NCBI GenBank assembly: GCA_965655095.1
Contig: OZ296657.1
Span: 51,398,001 to 51,462,000 of the forward strand
DNA: 64,000 bases
Source: Haplodiscus bocki
Taxonomy: Eukaryota
Direction of reading: 5' to 3'
Shown: positions 1 to 10,649 of the stretch, in pieces
How the letters are laid out: each line of letters starts with the position of its first letter
Position numbering within the stretch: the first letter of the stretch is position 1
Position numbers and translations under genes: made by a program
The notes under the pieces: generated by a model
Told to the model about the DNA's origin: nothing
The model's input: only the letters and a program-made list of their open reading frames with translations
The model's database searches: none

Positions 1-7
1 TTGCTTC

Positions 8-454
8 NNNNNNNNNNNNNNNNNNNNNNNNNNNNNNNNNNNNNNNNNNNNNNNNNNNNNNNNNNNNNNNNNNNNNNNNNNNNNNNNNNNNNNNNNNNNN
101 NNNNNNNNNNNNNNNNNNNNNNNNNNNNNNNNNNNNNNNNNNNNNNNNNNNNNNNNNNNNNNNNNNNNNNNNNNNNNNNNNNNNNNNNNNNNNNNNNNNN
201 NNNNNNNNNNNNNNNNNNNNNNNNNNNNNNNNNNNNNNNNNNNNNNNNNNNNNNNNNNNNNNNNNNNNNNNNNNNNNNNNNNNNNNNNNNNNNNNNNNNN
301 NNNNNNNNNNNNNNNNNNNNNNNNNNNNNNNNNNNNNNNNNNNNNNNNNNNNNNNNNNNNNNNNNNNNNNNNNNNNNNNNNNNNNNNNNNNNNNNNNNNN
401 NNNNNNNNNNNNNNNNNNNNNNNNNNNNNNNNNNNNNNNNNNNNNNNNNNNNNN
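8..454. other. Assembly gap (447 N)
   Basis: Run of N characters. Confidence 0.99.
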
Positions 455-1244
455 CTCTGATCTCTTGCACTGAGTACTCGAAGCGCTCCTTGGACCCCTT
501 TTTGAAATGTTCCTTGAGCTGGTCAAAATCTCCTAAATTATTTTAATACCAAGACGCACGAATCTAATTAAGTTAATTAGTAAACTAATCTCAAGTAACT
601 AAGAAAATGGCTTCGAAATTACACCGATGATTTGTCGTCAGAGCTTTTCTATATTATTGCAAGTTGCATCTCTAAAATGTTCATCTTCGGAAGTCAAAAT
701 CTAAACAACCATAAATTTTTCAAGCTCTCAAATTTTTTTCCGATAAAGAAAATTTTCCGATAAGTTTTACAAATTGCCTACGAATGGTCTCATGAACAGC
801 AGGCAAAAATTGTGGTTATCATGTTTTTTTTACAATTTCAACAATTTTACTTCGCGATTCGACTTTCAAAATGTTTATGTAAAACCCAATTGGCCTCATT
901 TTTTGGACTCAAATAAAAACTTTCGCAAAAACTTTTGCATACACAAAAAAACGAATATTTTCGCAAAAACTTTTGCATATACAAAAAAGATTACGAAAAC
1001 GAAAAATTTTTGCGATGCCCCTTTGCTTATTTATGGAACAAGAAGTGGAGTTTCATATTTTTCATATTTCAACCATAATTTTTAGAAATGCTAACACAAC
1101 CTACTCTAATGAATGAACAGAACTTAATTGTATTTTCGAGGGTACTCTGAAAGTATTTTTGCGGAGTCCCTGATACTGAAAATACCCCATCCTGAGTGCA
1201 AAAGTGTTTTTGATATGATAAAAATAGCAAGAAATGGGTGTCAA

Positions 1245-1304
1245 GACATAATACCCAAAGTCATAATACCCAATGCCAAAATAACCAACGCCATAATACC
1301 CAAT
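1245..1304 (+). repeat. Four copies of a 15-bp subterminal unit (G[ATC]CA[TA]AATA[CA]CCAA[ATC]) behind an internal GGGTGTCA end motif
   Basis: GACATAATACCCAAA GTCATAATACCCAAT GCCAAAATAACCAAC GCCATAATACCCAAT. GGGTGTCA at 1236-1243 is complementary to TGACACCC at 1506-1513. Confidence 0.85.
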
Positions 1305-1415
1305 GTGACATATAATGTTAGTCCTAATTAAATAATTAGACGTAATTAGCCTAAATTATTTCAGCTCTAAGCTCAATTATTTAATCTCTTAAGCCACTAA
1401 CTTTATTCAATAATT

Positions 1416-1505
1416 TAGGAGATTTTGACATAGGAGATTTTCACTTAGGAGATTTTGGCATAGGAGATTATGACTTAGGAGATTTTAACTTAGGAGCTTT
1501 TGACC
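1416..1505 (+). repeat. Six tandem copies of a 15-bp unit (TAGGAGATTTTGAC[AT] consensus)
   Basis: Units start at 1416, 1431, 1446, 1461, 1476 and 1491. Confidence 0.92.
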
Positions 1506-2506
1506 TGACACCCCTTGAGCTTGTTTAGTGCGCTTCTTGTTCAAAGTTCTAGAGATCTTTGCTTCTGAGTATTCTGAGGGTTTTGAACAAGCTCTGGGAG
1601 CTACCTCACCTTTCGCCCTCGTCCACTTCCTCCACTATTCTCAACTACCACTCCTCTTCCCACTGAGCTTCCGCATTCCTATAAATTTTCGTACCTTTCT
1701 TTTCTTCTTTCTGACAGATTCCTCTTCTATGTTAATCGATTTCATATTTCTGGTTAGATCTGCACTGCGCCTCTGAAAGTCGCCTATTTTTTCTTCATGG
1801 GAGTGTAATCAAGGGCACAGTGCTACCTTCTCCTTTCTCTCATATTTTACTACCAGCTTCCCTCATAGTCTTACTCAATCTAAGCCACTATGTGTTACCA
1901 GGATCCTCCTCCAATAGCTTCACACCCACTTCTTTCCTGAAGCGCTTCCTCGTTTGTTCCTCTTTTAAGCTTTTCCAATTGCCAGTTGCAACTTTCGTCT
2001 CTTTTGTGTCCTGATCTGACCAGGGTTACGCATTGTGGCTTCCATTTCATATGATTATGAGCTACAAGTAGAAGTCCTTAAGATCCTGGTTTATGTTTGT
2101 AGCCGAAAACTTGGATGCCGATAATTACTTTTAGGAAAACTATGAGGCGTGTCATATTTTCGAAATTCAAGCTCAGCTTGAAAAAGTGCACTCAGCAATG
2201 AAATTCAAGGCGAACTGGAATGAGTGAAATTAGAACAATACTTGAAAGAATGAGAGTAGTCGCAGCTTAAACATTGAAATTGTCAATTTATTATAATTAC
2301 CGGGTAATTTACAAGGAATTTTTGTACTACCTGTTATCATTCCAGGAAGCCCAAAACTTTTAGACTTTTGTACCACCCCGTAGGATGCAAAAGTTTCGGG
2401 TAGACGAGCGAATCTTAGTGGGAAAGGTCGGGCGAATCAAACCCACACCCAGTGCCTAAATTCTGTCTTAACGTTCCCCCGCTATCTATTCAAGCATCGA
2501 TGACTA

Positions 2507-2574
2507 GAATTTTTCGTCAAGCCATGTTCTAAATTTAGATTTAAATTCAGAGCATGTGGCTTGACGAAAAATTC
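2507..2574. repeat. Hairpin/palindrome with a perfect 18-bp stem, inside a diverged ~250-bp tandem duplication (~2395-2800)
   Basis: GAATTTTTCGTCAAGCCA (2507-2524) / TGGCTTGACGAAAAATTC (2557-2574); the inner sequence is also partly self-complementary. Blocks such as GGTAGACG..GAAT..GGGAAAGGT and TGACTTGAGACCGCAT / TAACTTGAGACTGCAT occur twice. Confidence 0.8.
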
Positions 2575-4888
2575 CCATGACTTGAGACCGCATCATTTAG
2601 ATGGATCTACATGATCATTTTACCAATCCGTAGTAGGCAACATTTTTAGGTAGACGGGCTGAATTATGAGGGAAAGGTTAAGCCACTCCAAGCAACACTC
2701 AGTGCTTAAATTCCCTTTTCTTCTCACATTCTCCGATATCTATTGATGCAGTTAAATTTAGAGTGCATGGCACGACGTTCCCGTAACTTGAGACTGCATT
2801 TCTCTGGTTCTCTAGTATTACTAAGTGCATCTTTTTGTGGTAATATAGGTGAAAATTTTCTTGGCGATTAGAGCAGGATAGGCAGAGGCTACTGATCTGA
2901 AAAGTGGAGAACAATGTTTAGGTTTGAGGGCCTACATCATTCAAATTAACTGAAATTGCACGGTCACTGGTAAATGCGAAAAAAAGTATCTCAATTTTAG
3001 TAATCGGACAAAACTTCATTTTTGATGTTCTCATTATGTATTTAATTTTGATAAATCCGAGCTTCTCCAATTTAGTTTATTTCTAGAAAAAAAAGAGTTT
3101 ATTTCAACTTAGCAATTAGCATTGTTGCAGAAAACCTACGCTTGTCTTATACTTGTGTCAGGCAAGTTTTCGTTGCAATTGACTGAGTAATTCCGATAAA
3201 GACCGTTTAATGGAATATTCGGAGGCATTTGGCGCGAGCTACTAGCAGTGAACCCAGTATTTTTGAAGGTTTTTGGAGTCGGTGTTCCTCTGGCTACCAG
3301 TATCAGAACTGTCCCAACTATTCACGTTTTGACAACTGTTGCAGCCAAAAAACTATATTTATATGGAAAAATAGGACTTCAGTGATCAATAGTAGCAGGA
3401 TAGTGACAGGTATGTGTCCAATAGGCGTACATTCAGCTCGGAATGGCACGCTAAACTTTTAGCGATGCTGTTCCGAGTAGAGGTGCAGAGCCCGAGATTG
3501 TAACCCCGTTTTCGGCTTTTCGTTAGCCTTCAGGAGCCTAAACGCATCTGCTAACTCGAAATCTTGTACAGTTCGTGTAAAATCATGAAAAAGCGGAAGT
3601 GTAACGTGTCGTATTAGGTAACCATCGACAATTGGTCAGAATACCTTGGAACGCACCATGATTTAGGCTCTTACATTTAATAGTTAGTAAATTTTTCAAT
3701 TTTAGCCAATCGTTGCAACGTTTTCGTAGAGTTACCAGCATCGACGGTGAGTATTTTTTTGAGAATAGAAAAAGGACATAAATCCGTTTTCTTCAAGGGC
3801 TTCCACAGGAGAAAATTAGAGGTAAGGAGAAGATCACGAAATGAAGGAAGTAGACTTGAACCGACCCTTTCGGCGCAAATTGATATTTCCTGGAAACAAG
3901 TTTTAACCTCGTAGAACTACAACCTCTTAACTTCAGTACAATGACAGAAAAAGAGGACAAAGTACTTTCAAAAAAATATTGAAGGAGCGTAGAAAGATAA
4001 AGAAGACAATGCAGAAAACAAAAGGAAAACAAAAACAAAAGAGAATGAAAAAGAAATGAAAGAGAAGAAGCGCCACCTGTATAGTTTTGATGTAGTAAAT
4101 AAAACTGATCAAATAATGAACTTAATTTGATATGATGCTGTACATTTTTGTACGCGACCATAAATTTTAATTTTGCATGATTCTTACCAATTTTTGCCAG
4201 AAACGAATTATTTTGATGTCAACTCCAATTGGCAACTGGTCACGTGGTTACTTTAGAATCCTAAGGATCAAGAACTGACCTTCACATGTCCTCAGTTCAC
4301 AACATTCCACGACCAAATGAAAAAAAACAATTTATAAATTTACACTCCGTCGTTCTGAAAAAAGCAATATATATATGACCTACATCATTGGGCCGAACCA
4401 GTTCAGCTGCACTTACCACAAACTTAGTGTGCGACAACATCCAACCATCCTGCTTAGTTAGCCCGAGAAATAATGTAAGGGAAACCTTCCTATAATAACA
4501 TTCTGACATCTGTCAACAATGCTAATATGGATTTTGGACGTTATCGCAAAATGCTGGGCATGAAGTGAACAACCCCAAAATTGTAAAGGCGGGAAATGAC
4601 AAGGCCGTACTGCAAACTGGTGTCCAAATAATTCCCCGTTACGACAATCAAAGATCCCAGAGAAACAGAGATAAGACCAAAAAGACTAAAACTTTTTTTG
4701 TTGTTTGGATAATACGGCTGAAATTGTCGGAACATCTATGGAAACTTTCATTCTAACTACAGAGTAGAAATCAGTGACAATGAAAGTCAAGCAGCCACAG
4801 ATTCGACGCGATAAATTTAGGTTTGGGCAGTTTGAAGGTTGAGCCTATAAGTTGTGTGTGCATCAACCCTACAGACAATCCAGAGGAG

Positions 4889-4970
4889 TGAGGATTTTCC
4901 ATGGTCCGGTACTGAAGAATCTGTTGCCCATCCTCAGGTAATTAGATCTTGCCGAAGATTTGTGTTGCAA
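4889..4970 (+). repeat. Dispersed repeat fragment (second copy at ~52020-52110), possibly LTR-derived
   Basis: TGAGGATTTTCCATGGTCCGGTACTGAAGAATCTGTTGCC vs TGAGGATTTTCCCTGGCCCGGTATTGGACGATCTGCTGCC. The 52 kb copy is followed by a TATATATATAA tract. Confidence 0.6.
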
Positions 4971-5989
4971 TATCTTCAGTCTATAAGAAGAGTTTTAATG
5001 TTTTTGATCGCTCGATTTTTTCCACGTTGAGTGACAATTGCCAAATTTTAACTTTGGTATAATTTTGTACTCTGGTCCCTTAATGCTTAAAAAGGTTTCA
5101 AAATTTTGTATGTTACCAAGCACTCTTTATTTCAGACCATTTTTTTTTACAATCTATCAGGATCTGGCCTCGCCAAAAAAGAAGGAAAAGTCAAATCGCT
5201 TCATATTGATATAGTCTTTCAAAAGAATTTTTTTTCATCGAATTGCGGCCGAATCTGCTGAGATGCGGTTCTTTCACTTTGTTAACTTTCAGTGCAAAAA
5301 ATTTTAATGTCTCTAGTTGCGATTTTTTCCTAATTTTAAATTATGTTTACTGCTGCAAGGTAATTTTTTTCTAAAATTCATAACATGACGGCTAACCACC
5401 ATCGGCATATTTTCCGCCCTCTAAATTTGCTAAAAATACGTTATAGGAAGATGAGAGCGTCTTCTTGAAAAGAATACTGTTTTCAGCAAGTTTTGAGAAT
5501 TTTTCCAAAATTGTAATTTTTCTAATTTCTTCAAAAAACCTTATTTCAGGTGGAAAGAAGACACTTTTAGGAAATAGTATCATTTTAAACGCATTCTATT
5601 TATATCGCTCCGGGAAACAATGCCTCTTTTATCGCTCCAAGCAAGGTTTTCACTTACGCCCCAAAGTGGCCCAAATTCTGTTTTGGTGTTCACGTTTCTA
5701 TCTTTTAGCTTGTGGTTGAAGACAGAAAACTTTTTGCTGTGTTTTTTGGAGATAAATTGTGATCATCCAGCTTTCTTTTGATGTTTTTAACCTTTTGTCA
5801 AACTTCGTTATCTTGGGGTAGTTCCTTTTGAAAACTGTCAACTTGCTTGATTTCTATTACAAGCAAGCTCCATTTTGATACAACCTATTTTTCGGTCAAA
5901 AATTTTTGAATAAAATTGTTAACGAAGTAGAGTTTCAGATCATTTAATTTTGGCCATTTGAAAGTTTTGTGAACATTCAGTCCTATATC

Positions 5990-7030
5990 CTGAACGTAAT
6001 GACCGAAAAGGAGGCCGACTTGGCCATGCAAAAACAAAGACAAAGGCAGTCCATTTCTAATGCAAACTGTGTTCTAGTCCCAGTCAGATACACTTTTAGA
6101 CAGACTTTTCTCTGAAAAACAAAAAAGACTCGATCTGTTGTGAATACATTTCCATGCTTCAAATCATTTCATATCGGTGAAGGACAGAAATCTCTTTTTG
6201 AGAAAATTGGCATTTTTCTGGTTTTTTTGGAAACTGTTGATGCTGGCTCACAACTGAGCTCTTAGTGCTTATGTTTCACCTTTGCTACCGATTCGTGACG
6301 CCGAAAGTTCCCAAAAACTTTATCAATTTTGACAATGATCTTTGGGAACTTAGATATCTCCTCATCAACGCACTAGAATTTTTCCATCAAGGGCTCCAGC
6401 AACGCTCCTCAAATCGATAAAGACTACTCAATTCAAACTTGGTGAAGATTTATCCTCGCGTTGGAATCGTGATAGTCCAAAAATTCGAAGAAATGGTAAA
6501 AAATTTGAGACGTCGTGAAACTCAATTTTTCGATTTCCTATACATTTTGGCTTCATCTTTTCCAACGATGTGTTAAAGGACAACGTTTCATGTGTACAAT
6601 GATTTTCCAATTGATATTGTTTGATTTTTGCACAATCAATAGACGTTTCAAATTGGGCCAAAACTGAAGAAAAGTTCAACTGTTATGGATAGTTTGTCAA
6701 TTTTGATTTTCAAAAAATATTATAGCTTTTCGGCAATACAGCACAGCTTACTCAAGTGAAAAAAGTATCAAAAACCAAGTATATTGTGAAGTACCAAAGT
6801 AGAGAATCAAAAATGAAAGAAGTGGCTTGAATTCTTCCAACAAAGTCTCTGTCGATGTCCACTTGCAATGTAATCCATCAAACGTTTCTACACCATTTTA
6901 ACGGAAGTTGTCGCAGTGCAACTGGGCTGAGCTTTGTGTTATGTATTGCACTGAAAAGGGTTCTTTTTCTACATCTTTTCGTGACGTCGCCGGTTAGAGT
7001 TACATCCAATTCCACATCGCTTTTTGTTGA
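5990..7030 (-). pseudogene. Possible highly degraded Merlin/IS1595(ISXO2)-like DDE transposase
   Basis: Minus-strand fragments in the expected order: 'RCRKRTLFSAIHNTKLS..L..KWC', 'RIFGLSRFQRED..VVFIDLRS', 'KHKH..VVSQHQQF', 'HGNV/YSQQIESF' (cf. Merlin HxTVNHSxxF..GxHTxxIESxW). Many frameshifts must be assumed. Confidence 0.3.
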
Positions 7031-8465
7031 TTCGTGACGATTGGTCAAGTTACCGAGAATCAACCATTTATAGTAAATCAAAAGCTTCAACCATAAAATA
7101 ATGATTTAGCTTTTGTTTTTTTTTGAACAACCATTGTGGGTTAAAAACAATTATCTGTTTACGTGTAAGTTTCTTTAATTCTTTGCATAGAGAATGAATG
7201 ACCTTGATGTTTCAATTTCAGCGTTTCAGCGTTAAGTCAGACCGATCAAAAGTCCAGAAGAATCAGCGGGAATTAAGTTGAAACGCCTAGAAATGAAGCA
7301 CTGCCTTGACAAACTTGTTCAACTGTATAACATTTATGATGCCTGAAAATTAACAGCTAAGTTGAGAACTCTTGGTAAAGTTATTAGCTTCAGAAATTTG
7401 ATCAAGTTGTTTGCGGTTTTCGATAAATAGGTTTAAAGAAAGTTTAGTAATTTTGGTTTTTCACCAAATGAGAGAATTGTCAAAATAGATATTTCCGGTC
7501 ACCAAGGTATTATCGGTTGCGCATTGACTCAACGCTCTCAGTAACTTCATAGAGCACCCCGACATGAACAGGGCCACGAATTTGCAAAGAAACAACTGAA
7601 ATATTGGCGGCCACACCATGGTGTAAACAAGTTGGACGGACTCAGACTGTCAAATCTGGTTCTGGATGAGACTGCCTGAAAGTTGTTATATGTGTGTAGT
7701 ATATATGTGAGCTGATCAGATGGGGGTGGATGATGTCCCTAGGTTTTAAGATAGGCGATTAGAGGCCGGAGACGATCAGGGAACTCCACCCTAACCGAGA
7801 GCTCTCGGGTTTTTTTTGGGTGACGTAATAGTCAATTCTGATTGGCTGCCGAAGTTCAGGAATTTTTTGTGCGCTTTAATGATTGGCTGCCGACAGCTTT
7901 TCGGTTTTGGGCGAAATTCGAGTGTGGTTGTTAATATGTTAAGATAGGGTAAGAGCGGAGCCATCGTATTAATATAGAGAGCCTTGTATAAGGATATGCA
8001 TTTGTGTATAATTACTCATCATCGGCACTGTGAGACTGCTTCGAATGAAAACTTTTGAACTGATTTCTTCTTTCAGGGCTAATTATGACGCCTGTGGATA
8101 ATTATAACGCCTGCGGATACCGTTGTGACTTAATGTTATGTGGAAAGATACTTCGGCAATGTATTAGGATAGGTGACAGTTCGTCAATGTGATAAGATAG
8201 GTTATAGTTCGGTAATGTGTTAAGAGAAGGTCTGGTTCGGAAATGTTTTAACATAAGATATAGCTTGATGACGCCTGCGGAATTTTAATTTAATAAGAAA
8301 ATCTCAAATAAACGTAAAGATTGTAGCAACTTGACTGTAGCATTGCAAAAGGAATAATGGCCAGAAGTATGTGGCAAGTTTAACCCCTTACTATATACCG
8401 TACATGGAAAGACCACAAAAAGAAAGGCAAGCCATAAATAGAAAAATCGCACGAACTGTCAATGA
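6318..8465 (+). repeat. Left arm of the ~2.15 kb inverted repeat (includes the Polinton left TIR, 7681-8465)
   Basis: Reverse complement of 24963-27109; paired coordinates sum to 33428. The ORF track shows mirror ORFs 6428-6679/26749-27000, 6855-7037/26391-26573 and 6878-7090/26338-26550. Confidence 0.97.
7795..8280 (+). promoter_or_regulatory. Structured TIR interior: 14-bp palindrome, paired CCAAT boxes, 28-bp x4 tandem (mirrored in the right TIR)
   Basis: CCGAGAGCTCTCGG (7795-7808) followed by a T-run. TGATTGGCTGCCGA twice (~7839, ~7880). ACGCCTG[TC]GGA three times (~8088, ~8107, ~8271). TTCG[GT]NAATGT-starting 28-mers at ~8152-8263. Confidence 0.6.
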
Positions 8466-8605
8466 GTGTTCAGGCGTGCTGATTGTGTTGACTTTTAATT
8501 CCATTTAGAAAGATTGTGTTGAAGTTTGAAAAAGTTTTTTAGAGGTTATAAATAATAAAAAACACAGTGTATAACCTGCACGTTCACATTGAAGAAATTA
8601 AATCA

Positions 8606-8995
8606 TTACATGTAATTACTTATGAAGGAAAGTACTGTAACATCGTGAACTCCCGAATTCAATGTTGTCGGAATTTGAAGAGATGAGAAGCTGCTTATCT
8701 CGTGTAGAAATCGCAATTGCTGGGATAGAATTGTAGTGGCTCTGACATCATCCTCTTGTACAGCTGCTTGAAGAAACTGTACGTTAAACGACCGAGAGAG
8801 TCTGCAAATTGCAATTTCTGACGAGAGTTTGCAATCATCATCCAATGTTTACCCTGCACTTGCTAGGCTGCCTATTTATAATGACAAAAGTGTCATTGTC
8901 AAGAGTTGGAGCAAAGTTGGCGGGAAATGAACTTAGGGCGGGAATTTGAGTAGCGGGATACGGTTGATTATTTGCTGGAAAGAAACATTATTCAT
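8606..8995 (-). pseudogene. Polinton adenain-like cysteine protease (frameshifts and stops)
   Basis: Manual translation: MNNVSFQQIINRIPLLKF..SFPANFAPTLDNDTFVIIN..QGKHWMMIANSRQKLQFADSLGR..PLQFYPSNCDFYT..GVHDVTVLSFISNYM*. Contains the GxHW, FxDSxG and LQ..C(G)xY catalytic pattern. Confidence 0.85.
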
Positions 8996-8996
8996 T

Positions 8997-10290
8997 TTAT
9001 TTAGTTTTTCCGACAATACGAAACATGTCAACTGCAACCAAATACATTCGTTCTCTCAACACACTGAGTTCTGCGATGTGTTCTACAGGAAAAGTAAAGT
9101 TTAGCTGCAGCCTCAGTGGCTCTCTAACCATCTCCAGGTAAGGACATTTTTCAGTGGCACCTTGCATTGAAGTCCAATCGAACACGAGTACATAGTGGTT
9201 TTTGAATTTATCAATTGGAATTGAGGGGATATCATCTTGAAAGTTCATTGCTTTCATTGTTGTAACGTATCAGCGACAATTATTAGCAGCATTAAAAACT
9301 ACAATTAACTGACCTCCTCTGAGTAGTCTATTTTGTCTGAGGCGGAATTGGTTAAAACCGGAAAACATTTTTGGTATAAGATTCAGTAAATTCAGAGTTT
9401 GTATTCATTGCAGGGACATTTCAACGAAATTGAGCATTGTTAAAATGCTTTCCTTGAAAGAATTGGTTTTGTCTGTCAGGAATGATGCAAGTCTCAACAA
9501 CAGTTTCAGAGTAGTTGTACTCGATGGGCGTAAATGTAAGCTTGTCTAGTCGTTTCATGTGATAATCATCCTTGACTGCAATACGACGAGTGTAAATTGA
9601 ACAATCAACTTTTCCAAGGCTAGCGTTGGGGTTGTCGCTAATCATGTAAAACTTAGGTCTGGCTCTGATTAGTCTCTAGCCTAGTTTTCATAATTGCATA
9701 TAGCAATCCAGAAATGCAGAAGACGTCAACTCCCAAGTTACCATACAACATGAGCCCATCGGTTCTACTAAACATTTTCATTCTCCTTGCGAAAAGAAGT
9801 TCAATCAAAGGCGCTTCCATAATTAAATCATGAAACTCTTCATAGAGTGCAACATTTCCTTGTATTGAGAAGTTGGCCACTTGAAGTGAATAGAAAAAAA
9901 ATGTGCATGCAATCCGTTAGAGTTGCAAATTTTGTTGATGTTGATGTACACTGCAACCTAGGAAAAAAGGAGTGCAAAGTGGTGTTTACATGAGTCACGA
10001 GAGGTACTGAAGCCTCTTCTTCCTCCTCGGTTTCCTCATCCGCATTTGTTTAATCTTTTTGCTCTTTTTTTATCTCTTTGGTATTGTAAATTTCAAAAGC
10101 ACGACCCCTGACAACTCTTAGTTTCAAAGCCAAGTACGTCTGTCTCAAATCAACGTAATTTTTCCTCGGCTGAGGTAGCAGAATAAATTGCTTATTCGTG
10201 GGACGATAAAACTTTGTCAACTAGTGCTACTTTCCCTCCAGGATTTCTTGAAACCTCCACAAAAGTCTGGTACCAAAAATAGTTCAACAT
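8997..10290 (-). pseudogene. Polinton major capsid protein (double jelly-roll; PY), fragmented
   Basis: Fragments 'NYVDLRQTYLALKLRVVRG', 'LMLYGNLGVDVF..LLY', 'CSIYTRRIAV..PIEYNY..IPDRQNQF', 'NHYVLVFDWTSMQ..PLRLQLNFTFP'. Length ~430 codons; lies next to the protease. Confidence 0.8.
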
Positions 10291-10294
10291 GATG

Positions 10295-10648
10295 ATTGAG
10301 AAACGTTTGAGAAGATTTTTCTTCGCGACCGATTGGTTTGTTTTGCAGATTTTCTTGGAATGGCTCTGCTTGCAGTCTTTTTCTGGCTGCCACTAACCAT
10401 TTGTTTTCTGAGATTTTGTCTTTCCACAATCTGTGCAGCTGTCTTGAAGTTTTTTCCACCGCTAACAACCTCTGCATTTTCTGGCGTAGCGAATTAGCAC
10501 CCACGCATTCTGCAGCTGGGACGATTGATTTAGGCAAGAATGAAATTGCGTTTCTTCTAATAAATTGTGCAACTGCACCGATTCCTTTTTCACGTTGTCG
10601 ATCATTACCTCTATAGAATGGAATCTCTACTTGTCTTGAAGCAAACAT
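10295..10648 (-). pseudogene. Small basic/amphipathic Polinton virion core-like protein (PW-like)
   Basis: MFASRQVEIPFYRGNDRQREKGIGAVAQFIRRNAISFLPKSIVPAAECVGA.. resembles the Y.G...QRGxGxG..hhR..hPh protein found between the minor and major capsid genes. Confidence 0.6.
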
Positions 10649-10649
10649 G

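Larger units (their letters stand above)
521..1512. mobile_element. Non-autonomous DNA transposon (MITE/foldback, Mutator-like by 9-bp TSD)
   Basis: Exact 9-bp direct repeat CCTTGAGCT at 512-520 and 1513-1521. Left end GTCAAAATCTCCTAAATTA (522-540) is the reverse complement of TAATTTAGGAGATTTTGAC (1411-1429). No coding capacity. Confidence 0.7.
455..2050 (-). mobile_element. Degraded non-LTR retrotransposon (RTE-like LINE ORF2, endonuclease-RT linker), interrupted by the insertion at 521-1512
   Basis: Manual minus-strand translation across stops and frameshifts: 'GNWKSLKEEQTRKRFRKEVGVKLL..WLRLSKTMREAG..', 'AQWEEEW.LRIVEEVDEG..SLFKTL', 'LNKLKEHFK'. This helical W/E/K-rich pattern is typical between APE and RT in LINEs. 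The sequence reads through once 521-1512 and one TSD copy are removed. No catalytic motif is visible. Confidence 0.4.

Noticed and set aside
1-546. 181-aa ORF at the window start, and the ORFs spanning 54240-54651
   Set aside because: Artefacts of translating through N gaps.
1416-1505. CRISPR-like array in the 15-bp, 28-bp (8152-8263) or 59-bp (49522-49690) repeats
   Set aside because: Head-to-tail tandem units with no unique spacers, no cas genes, and a eukaryotic context.
6423-6428. ACTACT (6423-6428) / AGTAGT (27000-27005) as Polinton termini
   Set aside because: Orientation is opposite to real termini (AGT.. should start the left end on the plus strand), and the match continues ~110 bp further out.
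6428-7090. Mirror ORFs at 6428-7090 and 26338-27000 as duplicated functional genes
   Set aside because: Short, mostly non-ATG starts, and fragments of a decayed sequence; their identity only reflects the inverted repeat.
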